Shown one piece after another: positions 56,600 through 64,000 of a DNA stretch of 64,000 nt. A program made the position numbers and the translations under genes. The stretch lies in IMG/VR virus record IMGVR_UViG_3300024496_000011; one strand, 5' to 3'. The DNA is from a virus. The notes beneath the pieces are model-generated. The model did no database searches. It worked only from the letters and a program-made list of their open reading frames with translations, and was not told where the DNA came from. Within the stretch, counting starts at the first letter, position 1. Each line of letters starts with the position of its first letter.

Positions 56600-57844
56600 T
56601 CAGCGTTTGATTGTGGAAATAGCAGGTTCACCTTGTTGAAACACAGTGTCAACAACATTCTGAATTTTTTTAGCGGTGGAGATTCCCACAGAGTTGAAGG
56701 TCGGGATAATCACCAGACCATACGACTTATGGTAGTCCTCCAACCGTCCAGGTGTCAAGTCTCCAGAGCGAAGTCGTGCAGCATCCTTATGATGTAGTCG
56801 CACAACCCGTCCAATAGTCTGACAGATACCAATAGCATCCATAGATCGCATAAAGATCACTGCTTCAAGTCCAGATACATTGATACCTTCGGACAGAATA
56901 GAATAATGAAGCAAAACAAACTTCTTAGAATCATCCAAACTCCACTTATGAAGAATCTCAAAGAACTCCTCACGATTTACCTTCTTACCATCAATGATTG
57001 CACCAGTCTTAGATGTAATGACCATCCAAGAATATCCACGATCTTCTAGTTCCTGACAGAACCCAGTTTGTGAGATTAGATTGGTGATTTGCTTGGTTGC
57101 TTTGGCACACACAAGCACCTTAGAAACTGCTGCTTCGTCAATACTTTCCAGAAGATGATTGCAGTCACGCTCAAATACATTATTGCTGTCCAAAGATACT
57201 TGCTTAGCAACAATCTTAGGAGGAATAATATATCCTTCTCTCACCATACGGGGAGCAGGAACATTTGCAATGATGTTACCATAAACCTGAGTATTGTTCA
57301 TCCCAGGTTTCTTGGGAGTGGAAGAATACTTTGGAGTTGCAGTATAGAAATAACAACGATCCGCTTTCCTGCTGAAGTATTCAGTAGCAACATAGAAGTT
57401 CTTTTGCACGCTGTTATGTGCTTCATCAAAGTGAATTGTATTCACCTTGATACCTGCCTCCATAATTTTATGAAGAGAATGATATGTGGTGAAGATCAGT
57501 TTGTGCTTAGGAGCATCAGGATTAAATGCAACTCTCACTATCTGATCCCAGTGCTGAATCTCTGCAGGTTTAGTGGTGCTGAAATGATGCGTTTCTCCAG
57601 AGTGAACATGAAGAACAGCAACTGTATCAATATGCTCCAGATACTCAGAAGACAGTTGATTCGCAAGCAAAATGCGAGGAGCAACAACCACAACAGTTTG
57701 TGGTGTCTCTTTCTCAAATTCTCTTATTGTGTCACCAATACCCACAAGAGTCTTACCTGCACCTGTCGTTGCACAGATAATACCTTTAGGATGAATCTCA
57801 GTCGCATCAAGACATTCATTCTGATGATCGCGAAAGGAAATCAT
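56600..57844 (-). CDS. SF2 (DEAD/DEAH-like, ResIII-type) helicase
   Basis: Walker A TTGAGKT, VAPR..LA.Q, FTTY.SL, Walker B FDEAH, TAT, LSEGIN, QTIGRVVR. Confidence 0.92.
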   Translation of the reverse strand: MISFRDHQNECLDATEIHPKGIICATTGAGKTLVGIGDTIREFEKETPQTVVVVAPRILLANQLSSEYLEHIDTVAVLHVHSGETHHFSTTKPAEIQHWDQIVRVAFNPDAPKHKLIFTTYHSLHKIMEAGIKVNTIHFDEAHNSVQKNFYVATEYFSRKADRCYFYTATPKYSSTPKKPGMNNTQVYGNIIANVPAPRMVREGYIIPPKIVAKQVSLDSNNVFERDCNHLLESIDEAAVSKVLVCAKATKQITNLISQTGFCQELEDRGYSWMVITSKTGAIIDGKKVNREEFFEILHKWSLDDSKKFVLLHYSILSEGINVSGLEAVIFMRSMDAIGICQTIGRVVRLHHKDAARLRSGDLTPGRLEDYHKSYGLVIIPTFNSVGISTAKKIQNVVDTVFQQGEPAISTIKR

Positions 57845-57865
57845 AAATTAAGAATCAATGAAGTA

Positions 57866-57923
57866 ATCATACCAGGAATCTGGTGCTGTGGCAAGTCAGT
57901 GTGCCAGTTAATCAATTAGCACA
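57866..57923 (-). promoter_or_regulatory. Early promoter copy H for the helicase operon
   Basis: -10 TATGAT 57866-57871; TGTGCCAG-TTAATCAA-TTAGCACA 57900-57923; 28-bp gap. Confidence 0.7.
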
Positions 57924-59587
57924 TATGGTGCAGTTGCGACCTTTGCAAGTTTTGTTTTATTATTTTTTGTTTTGAACTCTTTAACAAAAGCATCTTCAAT
58001 AAGCATACTTTTGTTTCCAGAAAGAAATACCTTAGCACCTTTCTTTGCAAACAATCCATAAAGAGACAGCGTAATTTGTTTTTTCAGAAAATTTTGTATA
58101 TCTCTATCATTTCTAGTATAAATCCACAATCCTTGAGCATGGACATAATCATTATGCAAAATACCCATTTTATTTTTTAACATTGAATTTTTATCAAGAG
58201 TTGCAAGTTTTCCATGAGGACTTGTCAATGATTTGTTTTTACACAACTTAGATACTGCTATTCTATATTCTTGAAAGGAATCTTTTGGATTACTGGTTAA
58301 AGTATCATATTCTGCACAAAAACCTTTTATAATTTTATTTGAAGCATCATCATATAATACTAATTCTCTCTTACGAATTTCTCTCAAAGCACTATTATAA
58401 TCATTTCTTATCTTTTGAGGAATGTTTCTTTTGTTGATCGCAAAATCAAATGCTTTATTTCTAATTGAAATAATTTCTACAATCATAGAATTATATTTTG
58501 AATATTTTTTCATTATTACATCAGATACCGTATATGAAGCACCACCAACAAATGCACCTTTACCGAAAGGTTTTGCATTAAAACCCGTTCGTCCAATTTG
58601 CAAATCAAATTTTGCCAACTTATCTGTAATGTCAACTTTTTTGTAGTTTAAAGTGTAAATTACACTGAAATAAGTTCTACCATCCGCAATTTTGTCATCA
58701 TCAATATCTTCTATTTCCACCATTTCACTGATTAAGTCATATAGTTCCTTTCTATTCATTGACGATGCTCTTGCAAGAAATTCAGTATATGGGTCCAAAT
58801 ATATTTCAAATCCCTGAGCACCAGAAACTGTACCAACTATTGAAATATCTGCTTTTGATGCACTTGTTTTCTTCAAAGAAATGCCAACCATATCCTTTGA
58901 AGCAAAATACTTGTTTGTTAAAGTTCTAAAAGTATTTCTACCTCTATTTCCCCAAGCAAGATTATTCAAGATATCCATTGTTGTGACACTTGAATCAGTA
59001 ATGTTATCTTTAAATTCTTTTAGAATATCATTTACTTTACTTTTTTTTACTGCGATTACATCAACAGATGATAAAATATCAGAACCAACACTATCTGGCA
59101 AATCTAAAGAATTTAAAGTTTTTGTCAGAGCATCATCTTTCACAATTTGCATAAAATCTGTGCTCTGATCAAAAAACATGTATTGAGATAAATTTCCAAT
59201 AATGTTAGATTGTTTTAATTTTGCTGCACTAAGGTATGCCGACTTAATTTCACCATCTAATTTTGTAGGTTCTCCAGTTTCAGATCTTAACAAGGTTCCG
59301 TTTGGAAAATCTTTTTTGTGTTGACCAATTGGATATTTGCCATCTTTGTTAAGTGCATCTTCTTTTTTTAAAATTCCTGTTTTAGAATCTTTATGAAATT
59401 CTTGTATTCTTCTAAAATTAAAGGAATTTGGTAAATGATTGGAAAGTTTTCTTACTTCAGTATCATTATTATTGAAATAATAATCATAAACGATATTGCT
59501 AAACTCCTGCAAATCAGTATTTCCATCTGCAAAGTAACTAAATGCAAGACAAGTTAGTGCTTCTCTTGGTGTAGTTTGTGACGCCAT
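57908..59587 (-). CDS. Large hypothetical protein, possible PD-(D/E)XK nuclease (559 aa)
   Basis: RE.L.CLA N-terminus; SSVDVIAVK ... MVGISLKK; AT-rich; CTAAATA late-type promoter at 59602-59608. Confidence 0.7.
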   Translation of the reverse strand: MASQTTPREALTCLAFSYFADGNTDLQEFSNIVYDYYFNNNDTEVRKLSNHLPNSFNFRRIQEFHKDSKTGILKKEDALNKDGKYPIGQHKKDFPNGTLLRSETGEPTKLDGEIKSAYLSAAKLKQSNIIGNLSQYMFFDQSTDFMQIVKDDALTKTLNSLDLPDSVGSDILSSVDVIAVKKSKVNDILKEFKDNITDSSVTTMDILNNLAWGNRGRNTFRTLTNKYFASKDMVGISLKKTSASKADISIVGTVSGAQGFEIYLDPYTEFLARASSMNRKELYDLISEMVEIEDIDDDKIADGRTYFSVIYTLNYKKVDITDKLAKFDLQIGRTGFNAKPFGKGAFVGGASYTVSDVIMKKYSKYNSMIVEIISIRNKAFDFAINKRNIPQKIRNDYNSALREIRKRELVLYDDASNKIIKGFCAEYDTLTSNPKDSFQEYRIAVSKLCKNKSLTSPHGKLATLDKNSMLKNKMGILHNDYVHAQGLWIYTRNDRDIQNFLKKQITLSLYGLFAKKGAKVFLSGNKSMLIEDAFVKEFKTKNNKTKLAKVATAPYVLID

Positions 59588-59608
59588 AATACTTTTTCAA
59601 GTATTTAG

Positions 59609-59636
59609 AAAAAAAGAGGGTCATTTCTGACCCTCT
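59609..59636 (-). terminator. Rho-independent terminator
   Basis: AGAGGGTCA-4-TGACCCTCT stem followed by a T7 tract on the minus strand. Confidence 0.8.
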
Positions 59637-59639
59637 CTA

Positions 59640-59804
59640 TCAACCACCCTTTTCTCTCAAACTTCGCACAAGATATTCAGTAAACTCTTCCATTTTTTCA
59701 GGAACAACAGCAGCAGGTCTTTCATTGATAGCATTTTTAAGTGCTGTCATTTCATTCCATTCTGCATCAGTAAGTTTTTCTTGTTTTCCTGATGAAAGAG
59801 TCAT
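59640..59804 (-). CDS. Hypothetical protein (54 aa)
   Basis: Hand translation MTLSSGKQEKLTDAEWNEMTALKNAINERPAAVVPEKMEEFTEYLVRSLREKGG. Confidence 0.65.
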   Translation of the reverse strand: MTLSSGKQEKLTDAEWNEMTALKNAINERPAAVVPEKMEEFTEYLVRSLREKGG

Positions 59805-59893
59805 AATTTTGCTCCCGAATACTTCGATATGTTAGCATATCCCTATAAAATATCTAGTAACTTAACAATCTCTTTGGGATTGATTAACAGTTC

Positions 59894-60124
59894 TTAACTG
59901 AAGAAAGTTCCGAAAGAACCTTTATCATCACCCAAACCTTTCATTCGATCTTCAAGTTTATCAAGAAGTTGATCTGTTTTAATTAAACTATCAATACGAC
60001 AAATAATTTCCGAAATTTCACGAGAAACAAAGGGTTTCTCTTGTCTTGCAGCATATGCTAAAGCATTTCGGAGATTACCTTCTGCTTCTTTCAAACTTTC
60101 TTCTACTGATTCACTTAGTGCCAT
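59894..60124 (-). CDS. Hypothetical protein (76 aa)
   Basis: MALS.SVE.SL.EAE.NLRNALA.AAR.E.P pattern. Confidence 0.75.
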   Translation of the reverse strand: MALSESVEESLKEAEGNLRNALAYAARQEKPFVSREISEIICRIDSLIKTDQLLDKLEDRMKGLGDDKGSFGTFFS

Positions 60125-60289
60125 TTAATCGATCCTCACATTTAGTATAAAAAGTTCCGTTGACATAACAGGACTTCCCTGGTTCATAGTATTTTATCGT
60201 AGGTGGGTTAGGTTGGTCAATGGTACATATATTTCCAGTTGACATTAACAATCCATTTAAACAATACATTACCAACTGCGGAAGTAACA

Positions 60290-60865
60290 TTACCCCACAC
60301 TCACTTTACGCAATTCAAAACTACCATCACCACGATCAATCCATTCAATTTGGTCACCCTCTTTCAGGTTTGCTGCTTCTAACAAGTCATCAGGGAAACT
60401 GATAAAGTATTCTGTTTTATCGGTATCAGCATCTTTACATTCTTCAACAGGAAGTTGCCACTTTACAACTTTATCTCTCACTGGATAAATGTCTCCATCT
60501 TCAGTTATATGAAGTTTAGATTCTTCTGACCAATTATTAACATCTTCCCAAAAATCATTCCAAGATTTCATACATTCTGGTGAAGGGTCATCTTTATCAC
60601 AAGAAAGAATTTTGTCTGGATCATATGATCCTTCATAGTATTCTTTTTCACTCATCACCTCTTTATATGTCCAACCACCATTACCATTTAACAGTGCAAG
60701 GAGTTCATAAGCCTCAGATGTTTTTTGTTTATATGTGTAGTAGTTTTCTTTAACTACACCGACAATAACATCATAAATCTCCTGTGGTGTTGCTTCACCT
60801 GCAGACATTGCATCATAAAGCCAATTTTCTAGATTTTCAAGTGAATACTTTTTGTAATCAGTCAT
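60290..60865 (-). CDS. Protein with C-terminal AbrB/MazE-type DNA-binding domain (start MTDYKK)
   Basis: C-terminal YFISFPDDLLEAANLKEGDQIEWIDRGDGSFELRK; ORF track 60290-60913, trimmed. Confidence 0.7.
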   Translation of the reverse strand: MTDYKKYSLENLENWLYDAMSAGEATPQEIYDVIVGVVKENYYTYKQKTSEAYELLALLNGNGGWTYKEVMSEKEYYEGSYDPDKILSCDKDDPSPECMKSWNDFWEDVNNWSEESKLHITEDGDIYPVRDKVVKWQLPVEECKDADTDKTEYFISFPDDLLEAANLKEGDQIEWIDRGDGSFELRKVSVG

Positions 60866-61064
60866 TTCTTGGTTTGGGTTTAGAGCAATCGTGGCAATAG
60901 TAAGAGAAACCATCGCGGAAGTATTTTACCACCTGATAGTGGTCTTTGTCAAGTGGTTTTTCCACACCACATTTATCACAGATCCTTGTCTTTCTTGAGG
61001 GACTTTCGGATTCGCTTGAGTTCTTTGAGTTCCATTTTAATATTTTTGTAAGCAGCATCAGCAT
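60858..61064 (-). CDS. Small Cys4 zinc-finger protein (start uncertain)
   Basis: RICDKCGVEKPL...F.YYCHDC. Confidence 0.55.
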   Translation of the reverse strand: MLMLLTKILKWNSKNSSESESPSRKTRICDKCGVEKPLDKDHYQVVKYFRDGFSYYCHDCSKPKPRND

Positions 61065-61176
61065 CTAATTTGCCTCCCATTTCCATTGCAATGATAACAT
61101 CAACTCTTGTACCAAAGTGTGCTAATGCTTTTTCAAAATCGTCTAGTTCATACATTTTTCTTGTTCCAGTTCTCAA
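60976..61176 (-). CDS. Hypothetical protein (start probably MYELDD)
   Basis: FEKAL.HFGTRV..IIAMEMGGK+....AY..IK.ELKELK. Confidence 0.7.
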   Translation of the reverse strand: MRTGTRKMYELDDFEKALAHFGTRVDVIIAMEMGGKLDADAAYKNIKMELKELKRIRKSLKKDKDL

Positions 61177-61378
61177 GAGTTAGAATATCTATGCGTGCAT
61201 CAACTGCATCAATAGAATTAGAGAGTTCATAAAAGCAATTGCTATTCTCTACACTTTCCGCTTCAAGTGCTTCAATTCTCAATTCAAGTTCAAGTAACTT
61301 TGAATAAACATCATCTTCAACAGAAAATTTTTCTGTTGATGCAAAAAACCATTCAATAAATTTTCTAATCATTATCAA
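61148..61378 (-). CDS. Coiled-coil hypothetical protein
   Basis: ORF track. Confidence 0.65.
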   Translation of the reverse strand: MIMIRKFIEWFFASTEKFSVEDDVYSKLLELELRIEALEAESVENSNCFYELSNSIDAVDARIDILTLENWNKKNV

Positions 61379-61525
61379 GAAGTCCGACAGATTTTAAGTA
61401 ACGCCTATATGACATAAAACGCCCCAGAGATGGTTGTCCTGGAGCATTTAATTGGTGGCAGATTTCGCAGTAACACAACCACTCATACCAAGGAGTAGTC
61501 TTATCAAAAACATGATAGGGATATT

Positions 61526-61753
61526 CTACAGCAGTTCTTTCCAAAATTGTTCTCCTTTTTGTAACGCTAATACGACAGTTGTATGCTCTCTCGCGTGCCT
61601 ATCAAGGTCTTTATCTTGAAAGTAAATGTTAGACCTTTCTACAGCACATTTAAAGATGTTAGCCCAAAACTGTTGATTAGGATTCAATCGTACTTTCATT
61701 TTTATTAAATCCAAATTTAATCTTCTCTTCTTCTGCACGAAGTTTGTGTGCAA
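61526..61753 (-). CDS. Hypothetical protein (start probably MKVRLN)
   Basis: ORF track. Confidence 0.55.
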   Translation of the reverse strand: MHTNFVQKKRRLNLDLIKMKVRLNPNQQFWANIFKCAVERSNIYFQDKDLDRHAREHTTVVLALQKGEQFWKELL

Positions 61754-61895
61754 GATTACAGACCGTTTCCATTACCTTGAGCGTGTCTTCTGTTGTGGCA
61801 TTTGTAGGCATACGACTATTAACAATGCGAAACAAAGGAAAGAATTGTTCTGCTGCTTGCTGTACTTCTTCAGGCGTCAGTGGTTTATTGTTCAT
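61677..61895 (-). CDS. Hypothetical protein (72 aa)
   Basis: ORF track; LKVME.V..LAHKLR....FGF. Confidence 0.7.
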   Translation of the reverse strand: MNNKPLTPEEVQQAAEQFFPLFRIVNSRMPTNATTEDTLKVMETVCNLAHKLRAEEEKIKFGFNKNESTIES

Positions 61896-62040
61896 TTTTC
61901 AAATCAGGATGTGGTGCATACAAAGGACCAGAATAGTTACCAGCAAACTTTGCAAGTTCTTGAACTGCTTTTACAGTTTCTGGTGTTTCACTCCACTCAA
62001 AAGTTGTACCTGATTTTGTTGTAAAAGTTCTTTGAGTCAT
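61885..62040 (-). CDS. Hypothetical protein (start MTQRTF)
   Basis: ORF track 61885-62100, trimmed; the upstream extension belongs to the duplicated remnant. Confidence 0.6.
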   Translation of the reverse strand: MTQRTFTTKSGTTFEWSETPETVKAVQELAKFAGNYSGPLYAPHPDLKNEQ

Positions 62041-62041
62041 A

Positions 62042-62158
62042 TTAGAGTTTATAGTTATCTTTTGTAGAATAGGTCTTTTCGGGTGATTTGTCAAACTCAC
62101 CTTCTTGTTTTGCTTTCAAATACCAACGAGTTGCCTTTATACATTCTTCTTCAGTTAG
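62042..62158 (-). pseudogene. Start-less duplicate of the 3' half of gene 63188-63406
   Basis: Reads LTEEECIKATRWYLKAKQEGEFDKSPEKTYSTKDNYKL*, in frame directly after the dehydratase TGA; paralog reads LTEEECVRATRWYLKAKQDGEFDKSPDKTY. Confidence 0.8.
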
Positions 62159-63304
62159 TCATAGAGTAATCCAGCGTTTGTTAATAAGAGTCCATTTTGT
62201 TACTTCTGCGATGCGTTCCCGTACAGATTTTGCGGGCACCCATCCCAGTTTTTTCATTTTATCACCATCCAGAGCATAACGCAAATCGTGCCCTGGACGG
62301 GAAGAATGGAAGTCTAGCAATTCATACTTCAGTTCTTTACCCTGTGCTTCTGCAATAATCTGAGCGAGTTCAAGATTATTCAGTTCTTCAGAACCAACAA
62401 TGTTAAATTTGGAGCACTTTGCACCACCCCAAGTTGGTTCAAATGTTCCTTGATAATTCAGAAGGAACAGAATGGCATCAGCAACATCTTCAGCGTGAAT
62501 ATAATGACGGGAACCAGGAATGGTACAGGTCTTGTCACTATGAATCGTCACAGTCTCACCATCACGAATGCGTTTGATACACATTGGAATGTACTTCTCA
62601 GGATGTTGACGCTCCCCAAACACATTCATCGTATGAGTAATGTAAATCGGAAGACCATAGGTGTTCTCATAGGCAACTGCAAGTTCTTCACCACCTGCTT
62701 TGGTTGCACTGTAAGGATTAGTGGAGTTGTACCGATCATTCTCCTTGTACTTGATACCATTCGGTGCAGGACCAAATACTTCATCCGTGCTGAAATACAC
62801 AAAGCGTTCCAGATTATCTTTTTGAAGACGCGCAAACTCCAGAATGTTGCAGGTTGCCACAACATTATCCAGAACAAACTCCATTGGATATTCAATACTG
62901 CGATCAACATGAGATCCAGCGGCAAGATGTAGAATATAATCCACATTTCCAACTTCACTACGGACCAAAGGATTAAGCTCTGCCTTGAGATCGTGATGAA
63001 CTACTTTGACACGTTTGCGAACTTCAGGATCAAATGAAAGCATCAAATCGTGCAGACGATTCAAGTTTCCACTATAATCAAGACGATCAAGTGTTACAAT
63101 GTCCCAATCAGTTGTTTTTAAAATTTGTCCAATCAAATGATGGGCAATAAATCCAGCACCGCCAGTAATTAAAACTTTTTTATTCACTTACAATTTTCCC
63201 TCAACAGTTGAATCATAAGTTTTATCAGGTGATTTGTCAAACTCACCGTCTTGCTTTGCTTTCAAATACCAACGAGTTGCTCTAACACATTCTTCTTCAG
63301 TAAG
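62082..63304. repeat. 77-bp direct repeat (70/77 identical) at 62082-62158 and 63228-63304 flanking the dehydratase gene
   Basis: Manual alignment of ggtgatttgtcaaactcacc...acattcttcttcagt. Confidence 0.9.
62159..63187 (-). CDS. rmlB: NAD-dependent epimerase/dehydratase, dTDP-glucose 4,6-dehydratase type
   Basis: TGGAGFI (GxxGxxG), HLAA.SHVDRSI, STDEVFG, PYSATK (YxxxK), N.FG..Q.PEK, RPGHD.RY. Confidence 0.85.
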   Translation of the reverse strand: MNKKVLITGGAGFIAHHLIGQILKTTDWDIVTLDRLDYSGNLNRLHDLMLSFDPEVRKRVKVVHHDLKAELNPLVRSEVGNVDYILHLAAGSHVDRSIEYPMEFVLDNVVATCNILEFARLQKDNLERFVYFSTDEVFGPAPNGIKYKENDRYNSTNPYSATKAGGEELAVAYENTYGLPIYITHTMNVFGERQHPEKYIPMCIKRIRDGETVTIHSDKTCTIPGSRHYIHAEDVADAILFLLNYQGTFEPTWGGAKCSKFNIVGSEELNNLELAQIIAEAQGKELKYELLDFHSSRPGHDLRYALDGDKMKKLGWVPAKSVRERIAEVTKWTLINKRWITL

Positions 63305-63406
63305 TGAGGTAATAATACCTTTACCATCTGGATAATGTGATTGCCAAGTTCCCCAACTTTTTTGCTCCACATAAAAAGCATCGTCGTCATAAAACTGTTT
63401 ACTCAT
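63188..63406 (-). CDS. Hypothetical protein (72 aa)
   Basis: ORF track; abuts the dehydratase start. Confidence 0.75.
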   Translation of the reverse strand: MSKQFYDDDAFYVEQKSWGTWQSHYPDGKGIITSLTEEECVRATRWYLKAKQDGEFDKSPDKTYDSTVEGKL

Positions 63407-63548
63407 AATGATTCAGTTGCCTCTGTAGTTCAATTCGTGTGGAGATTAGTTTACTGTATAGAAAGTCTTGATACTGATTTCCTTTTAGCAGTTCAGTAAG
63501 ATTATCAATCTGCATCATAGCAAGAATGAGTTTGGTTTTATCATCCAT
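63399..63548 (-). CDS. Hypothetical protein (49 aa)
   Basis: Hand translation MDDKTKLILAMMQIDNLTELLKGNQYQDFLYSKLISTRIELQRQLNHYE. Confidence 0.6.
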   Translation of the reverse strand: MDDKTKLILAMMQIDNLTELLKGNQYQDFLYSKLISTRIELQRQLNHYE

Positions 63549-63690
63549 CGTCTTTCAGTTTTTGAAGATGTTCCATAATCGCTTTGGTGAAGTCGTCTTC
63601 AGTCCAGGTGTTGAGAATACTTTCCGTAGGAGAATTCTCATCCCAGGAGATATCGAAAGATCCGTCTTCATTTTCAGTTACCTGTATCAT
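63541..63690 (-). CDS. Small acidic hypothetical protein (49 aa)
   Basis: Hand translation MIQVTENEDGSFDISWDENSPTESILNTWTEDDFTKAIMEHLQKLKDDG. Confidence 0.6.
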   Translation of the reverse strand: MIQVTENEDGSFDISWDENSPTESILNTWTEDDFTKAIMEHLQKLKDDG

Positions 63691-63899
63691 TTGTTAGACT
63701 TTGTATTGCGAGTAGTGTTTCGATTGGAATCCACGCTGGGTTTTCTTTTGCGAACTGCACTTGTACTTCCGTCACCTTTTGGTTTAGGTTTTTGTTCCAC
63801 ACTTCTCTTGTGTTTTTTACTGGGGACAGGGGGTTCATCACGATAATCAATCTTTGTGGTCTTACTATCCAGTTTATACCTTTCTAGATATTTTTGCAA
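63687..63899 (-). CDS. Basic hypothetical protein (start probably upstream; 3' part in ORF track)
   Basis: ORF track MQKYLERYKL...; upstream sequence continues to the window edge. Confidence 0.55.
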   Translation of the reverse strand: MQKYLERYKLDSKTTKIDYRDEPPVPSKKHKRSVEQKPKPKGDGSTSAVRKRKPSVDSNRNTTRNTKSNK

Positions 63900-64000
63900 G
63901 TGTTCTTCGCAAGAAAAATAACAAACCGTAGGATTTTTCTTTTCACCAAACTCTAATCGGTATGGGTGATTCTCATGAGGAAACAGTTCAGTAGAAATCA

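Noticed and set aside
765-63846. All plus-strand ORFs in the track (e.g. 48348-48962, 57089-57919, 62450-62932)
   Set aside because: They lie antisense to well-supported minus-strand genes, have atypical composition and show no recognisable motifs
37412-64000. tRNA genes or photosynthesis AMGs (psbA, hli), often present in cyanomyoviruses
   Set aside because: No T-loop GTTCRA cloverleaf or such ORFs recognised by eye; tRNAscan was not run, so a miss is possible

Overview
Segment of a T4-like cyanophage (cyanomyovirus, Kyanoviridae-like) genome in which essentially all real genes lie on the minus strand. Positions 1-37.4 kb are the conserved virion module. In transcription order it runs g25, g6, giant g7-like, g8, two large DUF4815-type structural genes, g13, g14, g15, g16, a multi-module protein, g17, g18, g19, g20 and prohead core genes, driven by ATAAATA late promoters. 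Positions ~39.8-57.9 kb are an early/host-takeover region of dozens of tiny ORFs driven by a repeated promoter: a TAT(T/A/G)NT -10 box with a palindrome TGTGNCAS-N8-STGNCACA placed 28-30 bp upstream. This region also holds an origin-like locus (divergent sigma70 promoters, 33-bp tandem repeats, AT-rich tract), a ligase-like KxDG protein, a translationally coupled HinP1I/MspI-like restriction endonuclease plus Mom/DUF4338-like GNAT gene pair (the most novel-looking element), and a helicase-nuclease-ParB-like-Dam cluster. The right end carries a dTDP-glucose 4,6-dehydratase gene flanked by a 77-bp direct repeat. An NblA-like 59-aa ORF missing from the ORF track sits just upstream of g13. No tRNA, rRNA, CRISPR array, intron or intein was recognised. 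All family assignments come from motif recognition and gene order; no database searches were run.
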